Source: an uncultured Eggerthellaceae bacterium | GTDB taxonomy: Bacteria > Actinomycetota > Coriobacteriia > Coriobacteriales > Eggerthellaceae | Length of the DNA: 64,000 bases | Direction of reading: 5' to 3' | Assembly: GCA_944321455.1 (NCBI GenBank) | Contig: CALULI010000009.1 | Coordinates: 2,703 to 66,702 of the forward strand | Part shown: one piece after another, positions 38,286 to 48,722 of the stretch | Layout: every line of letters starts with the position of its first letter | How positions within the stretch are numbered: the stretch's first letter is position 1 | Position numbers and translations under genes: made by a program | Notes under the pieces: model-generated | The model's database searches: none | What the model saw: the letters and a program-made list of their open reading frames with translations, nothing else | What the model was told of the DNA's origin: nothing

Positions 38286-41200
38286 ATGGCATCGGCTTTT
38301 CAGAAAGATATTACGCGCACCATTCGCAACAACATCAGGCGATTTGTTTCCATTATGGTTATTACCATTTTGGGCGTTGCCATGTTTTGTGGTCTGCGCG
38401 CAAGCTGTGAAGATCTGCGCGCGGGCGCGGATGATCTTTTTGATAGCCAAAACCTCTTTGATATTCAGGTTCTTTCAACCCTTGGTTTGACTGAGGTAGA
38501 TGTTGATGCGCTCAGTGCTATCGAAGGCGTTGAATACGCTGAAGGCGGCTTTATCGAAACTGCTACCACGCACGGTCCCGATGGTAATGCAAGCGTGGAT
38601 GTGAAGGCGCTTTCTGATAGAGGGTTCAACCAGCCCTACGTGCTGGAAGGTACGCTTCCTTCTGCTGAAACTGAAGTAGCGGTTACGCAAAAATACCTTG
38701 ATGAAACAGGCAAAGCGCTTGGCGATAGTGTAGAGATTGACCCTGCCGAAGATAGCTCAACCGAAGTGTTTGAGCGGCAGACCTACACCATTGTAGGCGT
38801 GGTCATTGACCCGATGGATGTCAACAATTCTTCGGGAACGATGAGCTTTCGTTCTACGGGAGCCTCCGATTACACCTTCTTTGTTCCGCGTTCTGCAGTA
38901 ACCAGTGACACCTTTACGGCCGTGTATATCAAAATTGTAGGCGTTCAGGATATGGAGTGCTATTCAGCTGAGTATGAAGATGCGGTTGCTGCAGTAGCGG
39001 ACCGTATTGAAGCGGCAAGCGAAGAGCGTGCTCAGTATCGCACCGATAGCGTTAAGGGTGAAGCGCAAGCTGAATTAGATGACGCTTGGGCTGAATATCA
39101 GAGCGAAAAAGACAGCGCTCTTCAAGACATTGCTGATGCGCAAGCAGAACTTGATAGTGCAAAGCAGCAGCTTGATGCAGCGGCAGCTGAAATTGCTGCT
39201 AATCAAAAGCTGATTGATGAAAATAAGCTGACGCTTGACCAGGGAAAGCAAGAGCTCTCCGATGCGCAGGCTCAGCTTGATAGTGGACGAGCCACCTATG
39301 AGTCAGCCATGGCACTTCGCACAGATTTAGCAGAGCAGCTTTATCAAGCAAATGCGTTGGTGCAAATTATTGACGGATTAGTCCCTAATCTGGAAAGCGA
39401 TTTGCAGCAAGCACAGCAGGATCTGACTGCGGTGACCAATCAGATTGCGCAGGAGTTTCCTGATGGCGCGCCCAGCGAAGGCGATTCGCGCTATGAATAT
39501 TATCAAGAGCTTATAGGCAAGCAGGCTGAATTAGCGGAAGACGTCGAACATTACAAAGCCTTAAAACAACAGCGCGATTCATTGGTGAACACTGCCATTC
39601 CGCAGCTTCAGGCGGGAATTGATCAGATTGATCAGCAAACAGCAGGTCTTTCGTCTGAGATGTTTGACCAGCAGCAGACGTTGTTGAACGCAGCTCTCGC
39701 ACAACTTGAAAGCGGCCAGGCAGACCTTGCGGCAGGTCAGGAAGAGCTTGATCAAGGTCGCGCAGAGTATCTTGATGGTCTGTCTCAGTGGCAAAGCGGC
39801 TCTGATGAATTAGCGCAAGGCCTTGATGAGGCTAACCAACAATTTGCCGATGCTGAAGAAGAACTCAATAACGCTCAGGCCGATATTGACGCTATTGAGC
39901 CTGCGCAGTGGTACGTGCAAGACCGTACTTCTCTTTCAAGCTATTCATCTATTCAAAGTGATGCTAATTCCATTGAAGCGCTGGGCACGGCATTCCCGCT
40001 CATTTTCTTGGTTGTGGGTATTTTGGTAAGCCTGACGGCAGTTACGCGCATGGTTGAAGAAGAGCGCGGCCTTATTGGCACCTACAAAGCGCTGGGGTAT
40101 CGCAACCGAGAAGTGTATGCGAAGTATTTGGTTTATGCGTTTGCTGCCTGTGCAAGTGGTTGTGTGCTGGGTCTGCTGTGTGGCTTTGTGGTACTGCCCC
40201 TTATTTTGTTCATTGTGTATCAGGTTATGTATTTGTTGCCCGCATTCCCTCTTCTGTTTGATCCGCTGCCTGCGGCGATAGGTTCGGCTCTTTTCTTGGT
40301 GGGCATTGTAGGAACGTCGTTTGTGGCATGCCGCAGTGAAGTTCGTCAAAAGCCTGCGGCGCTTATGCGCCCAAAGCCTCCTCAATCAGGATCGCGCATT
40401 TTGCTTGAGCGCGTGACACCTGTATGGAAGCGCTTGTCGTTCTTGAATAAGGTAACGGCGCGCAATCTGTTCCGCTACAAGCGCCGCTTCCTGATGACGG
40501 TCATTGGTGTTATGGGCTGCACGGCGCTGTTGGTCTGCGGCTTTGCTATTAAGGACTCCGTTGCCAAGATGGTGCCCCAGCAGTACGGTACTATTGATGC
40601 CTACGATGCCATGGCGGTTGCTGATGCCAATGATTTAGATGCGGTAGCAGCTGATCTTGGCACCAACAATCAGATACATGACATGACGCGCGTCTATCTT
40701 GACTCGGGCAAGATCATCAACACTAATGGCGAAGAGAGCATCCAAATTTTGGTCGTGCCTGATGGCCAGACACTTGATGGTTATATCAACCTTCGCGAGG
40801 AAGCAACGGGAGCGTCTCAAACCATTCCTGAAGAAGGCGTGTTAGTTACCTTCAATGCATCAAGCGTGCTTGATTTTGGTGTGGGGGACACCATTACGCT
40901 TCAAGATTCAACGTTGCATCGCAACAATTTTGAAGTTGCAGGTATTACTGAAAACTATTTGGGCAACTACGCCTATATGTCTCAGAGCACCTACGAAGAA
41001 ACCTTTGGCCCGCTTGAAAACAACACGCTGCTGGTGAAAACGGTTGAGGGCTGTGATAATCAAGCGCTTGTGGAAGATCTTTCCGAAGACGATCGCTATC
41101 TTTCTGTCACCAGTATTGATGATTTGTCAGAAAGCTTCCAGCAGTCTGTCATGCTGTTGAATATGGTTGTGGCCATTATCTTGGTCATGGCGGCAGCGCT

Positions 41201-41558
41201 GGCCTTTACGGTGCTCTTTACCCTGTCCACCACCAATATTTCAGAGCGCGAACGCGAACTTGCTACCATTAAGGTGCTTGGCTTCAGGCCAAAGGAGGTT
41301 CATCACTACGTCAATAAGGAAACGCTTATTTTGACCGCCATTGGTGTAGTGTTTGGCTTGCCGTTGGGTTACGTGTTGGGGGATATGGTTTTGTCATCGC
41401 TTAAGATGCCCTCACTTGCCTTCATAATCTATGTTGAACCGCTGAGCTATGTCATTGCTGCGGCGCTCACCATGCTTTTTGCCCTTGTGGTGAACCTGAT
41501 TACCAACCGTACACTTGATAAGATTGACATGATATCGGCGCTGAAGAGCGTTGAGTAA
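38286..41558 (+). CDS. FtsX-like/MacB-type ABC permease with long coiled coil
   Basis: Two FtsX-like TM blocks (RMVEEERGLIGTYKALG; ERERELATIKVLG) and an Ala/Gln/Glu-rich coiled-coil region. Confidence 0.9.
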   Translation: MASAFQKDITRTIRNNIRRFVSIMVITILGVAMFCGLRASCEDLRAGADDLFDSQNLFDIQVLSTLGLTEVDVDALSAIEGVEYAEGGFIETATTHGPDGNASVDVKALSDRGFNQPYVLEGTLPSAETEVAVTQKYLDETGKALGDSVEIDPAEDSSTEVFERQTYTIVGVVIDPMDVNNSSGTMSFRSTGASDYTFFVPRSAVTSDTFTAVYIKIVGVQDMECYSAEYEDAVAAVADRIEAASEERAQYRTDSVKGEAQAELDDAWAEYQSEKDSALQDIADAQAELDSAKQQLDAAAAEIAANQKLIDENKLTLDQGKQELSDAQAQLDSGRATYESAMALRTDLAEQLYQANALVQIIDGLVPNLESDLQQAQQDLTAVTNQIAQEFPDGAPSEGDSRYEYYQELIGKQAELAEDVEHYKALKQQRDSLVNTAIPQLQAGIDQIDQQTAGLSSEMFDQQQTLLNAALAQLESGQADLAAGQEELDQGRAEYLDGLSQWQSGSDELAQGLDEANQQFADAEEELNNAQADIDAIEPAQWYVQDRTSLSSYSSIQSDANSIEALGTAFPLIFLVVGILVSLTAVTRMVEEERGLIGTYKALGYRNREVYAKYLVYAFAACASGCVLGLLCGFVVLPLILFIVYQVMYLLPAFPLLFDPLPAAIGSALFLVGIVGTSFVACRSEVRQKPAALMRPKPPQSGSRILLERVTPVWKRLSFLNKVTARNLFRYKRRFLMTVIGVMGCTALLVCGFAIKDSVAKMVPQQYGTIDAYDAMAVADANDLDAVAADLGTNNQIHDMTRVYLDSGKIINTNGEESIQILVVPDGQTLDGYINLREEATGASQTIPEEGVLVTFNASSVLDFGVGDTITLQDSTLHRNNFEVAGITENYLGNYAYMSQSTYEETFGPLENNTLLVKTVEGCDNQALVEDLSEDDRYLSVTSIDDLSESFQQSVMLLNMVVAIILVMAAALAFTVLFTLSTTNISERERELATIKVLGFRPKEVHHYVNKETLILTAIGVVFGLPLGYVLGDMVLSSLKMPSLAFIIYVEPLSYVIAAALTMLFALVVNLITNRTLDKIDMISALKSVE

Positions 41559-41675
41559 TGCTTGTGCTTCATTGTTGGTCTACAATAGCGTTTTGCAATT
41601 GAGCAATTAAAGCTGTTTGCTATGCGTTTGTTATGCAGAGCAATTCAGCATGCTATAAACCAAGAAAGAAGCATT

Positions 41676-43235
41676 ATGCCCTCAGAAGATCCAAAAGCAA
41701 AAGCAGGCCAACTCCTTCGCGGAGGAAGCCCTCTTTCTGATGAAGTATCGGTGTCTGTTCAAGGCAAGCAGGCAGGTGAACCTTCGAATGTCGCGAATTC
41801 CGATGCCGCCCAAGAAGGCACCCTGCGCAAAACGTTGAAGAATCGCCATATCCAGTTGATTGCGTTGGGCGGCGCCATTGGAACGGGCTTGTTTTACGGT
41901 TCAAGCGACTCTATTTCTCTGGCTGGTCCTTCTATATTGGTGGCCTATCTCATTGGCGGCCTGGCAATTTTTATGATTGTGCGCGCCTTGTCTGAGATGT
42001 CAGTGGAAGACCCGCGCGCGGGTGCGTTTAGTTATTATGCAGCGCGCTACTGGTCAAAGCGCGCTGGTTTTGTTTCAGGTTGGAACTATTGGTTTAACTA
42101 CATTTTGGTTTCCATGGTGGAACTCTCCGTAGTGGGATCGTTTGTGAATTATTGGTTTCCCGCCATTCCAATGTGGGTGTCGGCGGCGTTTTTCTTGGTG
42201 CTTATTACTGCCATCAATTTGTTAGGTGTTAAAAAGTTTGGCGAATTTGAATTCTGGTTTGCCATCATCAAAATTGTTGCCGTTATTGCGATGATTTTTG
42301 GCGGCTTGGCTGTTATTGCGCTGGTACTTCCAACTGCATCAGGTATTCCCGCATCGTTTGCGAACTGGTTTACGCTTGAAGGTGGCTTTGTTCCATATGG
42401 CTTGTTGCAGCAGACAGGCGATGGCCAGTGGACAGGCTTAATGATGGCTCTGTGCGTGGTCATGTTTTCCTTCGGTGGCACGGAGCTGATTGGTGTTACG
42501 GCGGGCGAAATTGAAGAGCCACGTAAGACCATTCCTAAGGCAACCAATGGCATTATTTGGCGTATTTTGGTGTTCTATATTGCGGCGCTCGGCGTTATTA
42601 TGGCGGTCGTTCCGTGGAATACCATTGATGGACAAATTAGTCCATTCGTTCAGATTTTCGATTCCGTTGGGGTGTATGCGGCGGCGGGTTTTTTGAACTT
42701 TGTCTGCCTAACAGCTGTCATGAGCGTATATAACTCTGGTCTGTATTCTAATTCGCGTATGCTGTTTTCTCTGGCGCGTCAGGGCAATGCGCCACGTTAC
42801 TTGGGGCGTTTGAACAAACGTGGTGTGCCAGTCTGGGGTGTGCTTACCTCTGCGGCAATTACCATTATTGCGGTTGTAGTGGTATTCCTGTGGCCTGAAT
42901 TTGCATTCAATTATTTGATGTCCATTGCCACTATTTCTGCCATCATCAACTGGAGCATGATCATGATTACCGAAATCAAGTTCCGCAAAAAAGTGGCACA
43001 GGGTGAAGGTCCTGCCGATTTAGCGGGCTATTCGGGTAAAGAGGCACTTGATAAGATCCAGTTCAAACTGCCTTTTGCGCGTATTACGCCCTATGTGGTA
43101 TTGGCGTTTTTGGCCTTCGTTGTAGTTATGATGTGCTTTTCACCAAGCTATATTGTGGCAGTGGTTATTGGTCCTATTTGGCTTGCCATCCTGCTGATTG
43201 CTTACCAGCTTACTCAACGCAAAAAGTCGCAGTAA
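41676..43235 (+). CDS. APC-family amino acid permease (AroP/PheP-like)
   Basis: LKNRHIQLIALGGAIGTGLF, GEFEFWFAIIK, FSFGGTEL. Confidence 0.92.
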   Translation: MPSEDPKAKAGQLLRGGSPLSDEVSVSVQGKQAGEPSNVANSDAAQEGTLRKTLKNRHIQLIALGGAIGTGLFYGSSDSISLAGPSILVAYLIGGLAIFMIVRALSEMSVEDPRAGAFSYYAARYWSKRAGFVSGWNYWFNYILVSMVELSVVGSFVNYWFPAIPMWVSAAFFLVLITAINLLGVKKFGEFEFWFAIIKIVAVIAMIFGGLAVIALVLPTASGIPASFANWFTLEGGFVPYGLLQQTGDGQWTGLMMALCVVMFSFGGTELIGVTAGEIEEPRKTIPKATNGIIWRILVFYIAALGVIMAVVPWNTIDGQISPFVQIFDSVGVYAAAGFLNFVCLTAVMSVYNSGLYSNSRMLFSLARQGNAPRYLGRLNKRGVPVWGVLTSAAITIIAVVVVFLWPEFAFNYLMSIATISAIINWSMIMITEIKFRKKVAQGEGPADLAGYSGKEALDKIQFKLPFARITPYVVLAFLAFVVVMMCFSPSYIVAVVIGPIWLAILLIAYQLTQRKKSQ

Positions 43236-43331
43236 TCCAGCAAAACGATTTCAAAAGCATTTGCTCGTAACCGAAATATTTAGCGCATTAGACCAATAAA
43301 GCACTGTTAGTGCTTGTCAAGGCTCCTCGAT

Positions 43332-43367
43332 CGCTTTAAAGTGTCAAAATTCTGACACAATAAAGCG
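43332..43367. promoter_or_regulatory. 36-bp imperfect dyad (core GTGTCA-N6-TGACAC) upstream of the BASS transporter
   Basis: CGCTTTAAAGTGTCA-AAATTC-TGACACAATAAAGCG (13/15 arm match), just upstream of TATAGT at 43372. Confidence 0.55.
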
Positions 43368-43393
43368 CATGTATAGTGCAAGAAAGGAGTTCT

Positions 43394-44398
43394 ATGAAGG
43401 TCTTAGAAAAAATTAGCGACTACGCAGGAAAGTACATGGCAATCATTGCGCTGTTGGTTGCAATTATTGCCTTGGCCTTTCCTGGTCCTGTTTCTTCAGT
43501 CATTAAAACCAGCTACGTAAATATCTTGCTGGGTATTGTTATGTTTGGCATGGGTATGACGCTTACCTTGGGCGACTTCAAGGTAGTTTTCACTAAGCCA
43601 AAAGCGGTTATTTCTGGTATTTTTGCTCAGTTTATTATCATGCCTGGCTTGGCTTTCTTGCTGGTTACCATTTTCCAGCTTCCACCTGAGCTTGCTGTTG
43701 GTGTTATTTTGGTAGGCTGCTGCCCTGGTGGTACTAGCTCTAATGTTATGACCTACCTGGCAAAAGGCGACGTTGCCCTGTCTGTTGGCATGACGGCATG
43801 CACCACCATCATGGCGCCAATCGTAACGCCTTTGCTGGTTCTTTTAATTGCAGGTCAGACGGTTGACGTTGCTGTTCTTGACATGTTTATTTCCATTGTC
43901 CAGGTAGTTTTGCTGCCAATTGCTTTGGGCTTCATCATTAACAAGCTCTTCGAAAAGATTGCACAGAAGTTTGCAAAGATTTTGCCTTTAATTTCGGTAA
44001 TTGCAATTTCTTTGATCATCATGGCTGTTGTTGCTGCAAATGCTAAGAGCCTCATGAGCGTTGGTTTGCTGATCATTGTTGTTGTTATGCTCCACAATGT
44101 GCTTGGCTATGCGCTTGGCTATAGCGCGGGTCGTCTGCTTGGTTTAACCAAGGCTCAACGTCGTACGCTTTCCATTGAGGTTGGCATGCAGAATTCTGGC
44201 TTGGCAACATCTCTGGCTACGGTTCACTTTGCAACCATGCCTTTGGCGGCGGTGCCCGGTGCTGTTTTCAGTGTTTGGCACAACATTTCTGGCGCAATCT
44301 ATGCAAACATTCTTGCTCGTTCTGCAGGCGATGATTCTACGGTTGCTGCTGAAGAAGAAAACAACACGCAGCCTGAAAAAGACGACGCACAAGCATAA
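43394..44398 (+). CDS. Bile acid:sodium symporter (BASS/ASBT, PanS-like) family transporter
   Basis: LGIVMFGMG, GCCPGGTSSNV, SIEVGMQNSGLA, FSVWHNISG. Confidence 0.92.
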   Translation: MKVLEKISDYAGKYMAIIALLVAIIALAFPGPVSSVIKTSYVNILLGIVMFGMGMTLTLGDFKVVFTKPKAVISGIFAQFIIMPGLAFLLVTIFQLPPELAVGVILVGCCPGGTSSNVMTYLAKGDVALSVGMTACTTIMAPIVTPLLVLLIAGQTVDVAVLDMFISIVQVVLLPIALGFIINKLFEKIAQKFAKILPLISVIAISLIIMAVVAANAKSLMSVGLLIIVVVMLHNVLGYALGYSAGRLLGLTKAQRRTLSIEVGMQNSGLATSLATVHFATMPLAAVPGAVFSVWHNISGAIYANILARSAGDDSTVAAEEENNTQPEKDDAQA

Positions 44399-44522
44399 AC
44401 CTGGAGTGGCCTAGAGCATCGTTGATGTAGATCACGTGCTTATGGATTATGTGCTGCGGTTTCTCTGCCGTGGTTGTACGGACAACCAATACAAGGCCTT
44501 TGCACCGTTGATAGGTTTGTTG

Positions 44523-44556
44523 GAATGCCGAAGGAAATCCTTCGGCATTCTTTTTT
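44523..44556 (+). terminator. Rho-independent terminator
   Basis: GAATGCCGAAGGA-AA-TCCTTCGGCATTC followed by TTTTTT. Confidence 0.8.
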
Positions 44557-44610
44557 GAATGTGGCTACAATAGGTGAGCACGTGTAGCAATTAAAAAACA
44601 AGGACAGATT

Positions 44611-45126
44611 ATGAAATTAGTAATTGCCTCTGATATTCATGGATCCGCGTTTTGGTGCCGCAAACTCATGGAGCATATTGAAGACATTGCGCCTGACAAG
44701 ATTGTCTTGCTGGGTGATTTACTCTATCACGGACCACGCAATCCTTTGCCCGATGACTATGACCCGCAAGAAGTTGCTCATATGCTCAATGCGGTGGCAG
44801 AGAGTATTGTTGCGGTGCGCGGCAATTGCGATTCTGAAGTTGATCAGATGGTACTTTCGTTTCCCTGCATGGCAGATTATGCCGTGCTGATGGATGAGAC
44901 GCAGCGCATGGTTTTCGCTACGCATGGCCATGTCTATGGACCTGATAACGTGCCGAAGGTTGTGCGCGGGTCGATAGTGTTGTCTGGTCATACGCACGTG
45001 AAAATCAACGAAGAGCGTGATGGTATTCTGTGGGTAAATCCTGGCAGTATTGCCCTTCCTAAGGATGGCTCTCACAGTATCGCGGTTTATGACAAAGGGC
45101 AATTTGACTTTATTGAACTAGCGTAG
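44611..45126 (+). CDS. yfcE: YfcE-like metallophosphoesterase
   Basis: SDIHGS, GDLLYHGPRN, VRGNCD, THGH, SGHTH, NPGS. Confidence 0.9.
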   Translation: MKLVIASDIHGSAFWCRKLMEHIEDIAPDKIVLLGDLLYHGPRNPLPDDYDPQEVAHMLNAVAESIVAVRGNCDSEVDQMVLSFPCMADYAVLMDETQRMVFATHGHVYGPDNVPKVVRGSIVLSGHTHVKINEERDGILWVNPGSIALPKDGSHSIAVYDKGQFDFIELA

Positions 45127-45166
45127 CGGCTTGAATCAACAAAGAGGTTATCGGGTTGGTGAGTGA

Positions 45167-46129
45167 ATGACTCCTTCTTCACAAGGAATGAAATTTGTTG
45201 GCATTGGTGCCCTTCTTTGTGCTGCTCTGTTTTGGGGCGGTGCCTTTGCTGCACAGTCAATGGGTGCTGACTATATAGGTCCTTTTGGTTTTATTGCAGG
45301 CAAATGTATTGTTGCAAGCGCATTCCTTGGTGCTCTTATTGCAGGGCGCTATTTTGCTCAGAAGATAAAATTTAAGGTAGATAAAAACGCTACGCCTTCA
45401 CTGCCCAAACGTGATTTTCGCCTCCTTATTGTGGGAGGAATAATCTGTGGTTTAGCGTTGTTTGTTGCAGACAATTTTCAGCAGGCGGGTATTACGGCAT
45501 ATCCACCAGAAGCAGCGGCGTCAGGGCGTTCGGGCTTCATTACGGCAACCTATGTGGTAATGGTTGCTATCTTTGCTTTCTTTATGGGCAAGAAAATTCA
45601 TCCTCTTGTTGTGGTCTCAATTGTGGTGTGCTTGCTGGGTATGTATATGCTTTGCGTCCGAGGAGGCCTTTCGGGAATTTATGTAGGCGACGTCCTTGTC
45701 TTGGCAGGTGCTCTATTCTATGCGCTTCACATTGTGGCTGTTGGGCGGTTTTCGCTCCTAGATGCATTGTGGTTGTCTCTTATTCAGTTCATCACAAATG
45801 CTTTTGCTTCTCTTATTTGCGCCATTGTGTTTGAGCACATTACGCTTGAGTCATTTTTGCCCGCGCTTTTGCCTATTGTGTATGTGGGCATTTTTTCCAC
45901 AGGGTTGGGCTATACGCTACAGACAGTAGGGCAGAAGTATGTTGATGCGGCCCCTGCGGCTATTATCATGAGTCTTGAGTCGGTATTTGCTGCTCTTTCG
46001 GGCTGGATTGTATTAGGTGAGCTCTTAAGTTCCATTGAGCTTGTTGGCTGCGTTTTGGTGTTTATCGCCGTCATCATGGCGCAATGTCCTGAATTTATGA
46101 AGCCGCGGCCTCGGATTCGAAAACAATAG
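45167..46129 (+). CDS. DMT/EamA family transporter
   Basis: Two EamA repeats; LFWGGAFAAQ, QTVGQKY, IIMSLESVFA. Confidence 0.9.
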   Translation: MTPSSQGMKFVGIGALLCAALFWGGAFAAQSMGADYIGPFGFIAGKCIVASAFLGALIAGRYFAQKIKFKVDKNATPSLPKRDFRLLIVGGIICGLALFVADNFQQAGITAYPPEAAASGRSGFITATYVVMVAIFAFFMGKKIHPLVVVSIVVCLLGMYMLCVRGGLSGIYVGDVLVLAGALFYALHIVAVGRFSLLDALWLSLIQFITNAFASLICAIVFEHITLESFLPALLPIVYVGIFSTGLGYTLQTVGQKYVDAAPAAIIMSLESVFAALSGWIVLGELLSSIELVGCVLVFIAVIMAQCPEFMKPRPRIRKQ

Positions 46130-46219
46130 ACGCCACAATAATCGATAAAGATGGCGTGGCGGCGCAGAATGTGTGAACTTCCAAGGCGTGACCCGCTTGC
46201 ATAAGAGATAAGGAATGAT

Positions 46220-46666
46220 ATGAGAGCAGTTATTCAGCGTGTTACGCACGCTCAGGTCGATGTTGAAGGCACCACGGTTGGTAGCATTGAAAAAGGTTAT
46301 CTCATTTTATTGGGCGTTGGACAGCAAGATGGTGAAGCGCAGGCCGATAAGCTGTGGAATAAAATATTGAAGCTGCGCATTTTTGAAGACGCTGATGGCA
46401 AGACCAATCTTTCTTTAGCCGATGTTGATGGGGAAGTGCTGGTAGTGTCGCAGTTTACCTTGTACGCGCAATGCAAGAAGGGAAACCGCCCGTCCTTTAC
46501 CGAAGCAGGATCGCCCGATGAAGCAAATCGCTTGTACGAATACTTCTGCAGTTTGGTTCGCCGTGATAGGGGATTAGTAGCTTGTGGCCGTTTTGGGGCA
46601 GATATGCAGGTGTCCCTACAAAATGATGGACCGTTTACCATCTGTCTAGATACGGATACGCTCTAA
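46220..46666 (+). CDS. dtd: D-aminoacyl-tRNA deacylase
   Basis: [39 protein letters not shown]. Confidence 0.96.
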   Translation: MRAVIQRVTHAQVDVEGTTVGSIEKGYLILLGVGQQDGEAQADKLWNKILKLRIFEDADGKTNLSLADVDGEVLVVSQFTLYAQCKKGNRPSFTEAGSPDEANRLYEYFCSLVRRDRGLVACGRFGADMQVSLQNDGPFTICLDTDTL

Positions 46667-46686
46667 ACATACTAAACATACTAAAC
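46663..46686. repeat. 9-bp tandem repeat (CTAAACATA)x2.7 starting at the dtd stop codon
   Basis: CTAAACATA CTAAACATA CTAAAC. Confidence 0.8.
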
Positions 46687-46831
46687 GGGCAGCGTGCAAA
46701 ACGTCCTAAACGTGCAATGTGCTGAAGAGCTATGAAGCGCCGTACCTACTCAATACATTGAAACGCGCAATGTGCCATAAAGCGTTTGATGCGCGTTTGG
46801 TACGCCTTTGGCGTGCTTAAGTTTGGTGCGC

Positions 46832-47812
46832 TTAAGCTTCGTCAACCTTTTGTGTAAAAACATCAGCAGCTTCATTGTTTTCTTGAGCTTCCTGTTCCTC
46901 TTGAATTTCTTCAATGGTCTTTGTGGGCTTAGCCAGCAAGAAAACCGTTGCCATAATGAAGATAAAGCCCACAATATCAATCCAGCTAAAGCTGGTGCCC
47001 AACCACAGCACTGCAAACAAGGTAGCGGATACCGTTTCGATGCTGGCAATCAAGCTGGTCTTCGCAGCGCCAATATCTGAAACAGCTTGAAAGTAAAACG
47101 AAAAGCCCAAAATGGTGCCAAAGAAAACCAGCCCTACAAACATAACTACATAGCCCGAAAGCTCCATGTGGGGATCAACGGTCCATGACTGAAGTCCTAA
47201 GGTCAGCAAAATGCCGCCCAAAAGCAAGCCGCTGGCAACAACGGGAATATTGCCAAAGCGAAGCATGAGCCCACCAGGAATTAAGGTGTAGAGCATTAAT
47301 GCGAAGGCTGACGTAATGCCCCAAAATAAACCCAAGGGGGACAGCACCATATTGGCAGGATTGCCATGCGTTGCTAAGAGGAAGGTTCCCGAAACAACCA
47401 AGACCATCGCGGCAACTTCTTTGAGGGTTGGCTTGCGATGCCCTTTGAAGCACAGGAAGAATACGATCATCACAGGCCCAATATATTGCAGTACCGTTGC
47501 GGTGCCAGCGTTTGAATGCTCGATGGCTAACAGGTACGTAATCTGACAAAAGGCCAAGCCTGCTACGGTGAACAGCAACAGCCAAAGCATATAGCGCGGA
47601 GATTTCCATAGTTGTAAAAGAGGCTTTCGCCTGATAATCAGCGCAAATGCCACTAAAACAAGTCCTGCACAAAGCATGCGGATAGAAGACAGCCACAAAG
47701 GGTCAAGCTGGTAGTCTCTAAAGAGCAATTGAGCACAGGCGCCCGAAAAACCCCAACCAATGCCGCCTAAAAATGCAAACAGTGTTCCGCGTATGTTTTT
47801 ACTTATAGCCAC
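46832..47812 (-). CDS. DMT/EamA family transporter
   Basis: GIGWGFSGACAQ, NAGTATVLQY, SLIASIETVSA. The GTG start at 47812 is inferred; the ORF track starts at 47836. Confidence 0.88.
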   Translation of the reverse strand: MAISKNIRGTLFAFLGGIGWGFSGACAQLLFRDYQLDPLWLSSIRMLCAGLVLVAFALIIRRKPLLQLWKSPRYMLWLLLFTVAGLAFCQITYLLAIEHSNAGTATVLQYIGPVMIVFFLCFKGHRKPTLKEVAAMVLVVSGTFLLATHGNPANMVLSPLGLFWGITSAFALMLYTLIPGGLMLRFGNIPVVASGLLLGGILLTLGLQSWTVDPHMELSGYVVMFVGLVFFGTILGFSFYFQAVSDIGAAKTSLIASIETVSATLFAVLWLGTSFSWIDIVGFIFIMATVFLLAKPTKTIEEIQEEQEAQENNEAADVFTQKVDEA

Positions 47813-48021
47813 GGTGCACAAGGGTACCCATCGCACACCGCTATTTCAAGAGTGAAGGGTGGTATAGGAAGGGAATTTAAAAACTTTTTTCAAACCTAAC
47901 AATTCAAACCCGACAACTCAAAAAAGCCGCCCGCGCGGTATCATGAGACATAATGATTTTTTGAACGATTCGATATTGAATCGCTTTCTCTACAGATTTG
48001 CGTGTGAAGGGAGAATGCGCA

Positions 48022-48645
48022 ATGAAGGCTCTTTTGATTAACGGAAGCCCACACAGGCGTGGATGCACCTACACAGCACTTGGTGGTGTTGAAACGGGTC
48101 TGCAGGAAGAAGGCGTGCAGGCAGACATTATGTGGCTTGGCACGGCTACTATTTCTGGTTGTCAGGCATGCGGTAAGTGTAAAGCAACGGGTCGCTGCTA
48201 TATCAACGACGTGGTTAACGAAGTGCTTGAAGATCTTGAGAATTACGATGCCATTGTCTTTGGAACGCCTGTTCACTATGCGGCTGCATCGGGTGCTATT
48301 ACGTCCTTTATGGACCGTTTGTTCCATGCGGGAAATGCGAAGTTATTTGTCGGTAAACCTGCTGCCGCTGTAGTGTCATGCCGTCGTGGTGGGGCATCGG
48401 CAACGTTTGATCAGCTGAATAAGTATTTCACCATTTCTAACATGATGGTGGTTGGTTCTCAGTATTGGAACCAGGTTCACGGAACTTCGCCCGAAGAAGT
48501 TTTGCGTGACGAAGAAGGCATGCAGACCATGCGCACGCTTGGTCGCAACATGGCATGGCTGATGAAGTGTATCGAAGCAGGTAAAAACGAAGGCATTACG
48601 TTTCCTGTTGCAGAAGATGCCATCATGACCAACTTTATTCGCTAG
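48022..48645 (+). CDS. Iron-sulfur flavoprotein / flavodoxin-like (NADPH-dependent FMN reductase family)
   Basis: INGSPH, GCQACGKC..TGRC, GTPVHYA, SQYWNQVHG. Confidence 0.9.
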   Translation: MKALLINGSPHRRGCTYTALGGVETGLQEEGVQADIMWLGTATISGCQACGKCKATGRCYINDVVNEVLEDLENYDAIVFGTPVHYAAASGAITSFMDRLFHAGNAKLFVGKPAAAVVSCRRGGASATFDQLNKYFTISNMMVVGSQYWNQVHGTSPEEVLRDEEGMQTMRTLGRNMAWLMKCIEAGKNEGITFPVAEDAIMTNFIR

Positions 48646-48722
48646 ATGGCAGTTCGCCGTGCAGGCGTTTCGTGCCGCGCGCAGCGGCACGGCACTAACA
48701 GCGGGAGTGTTTAGGGGGATTT

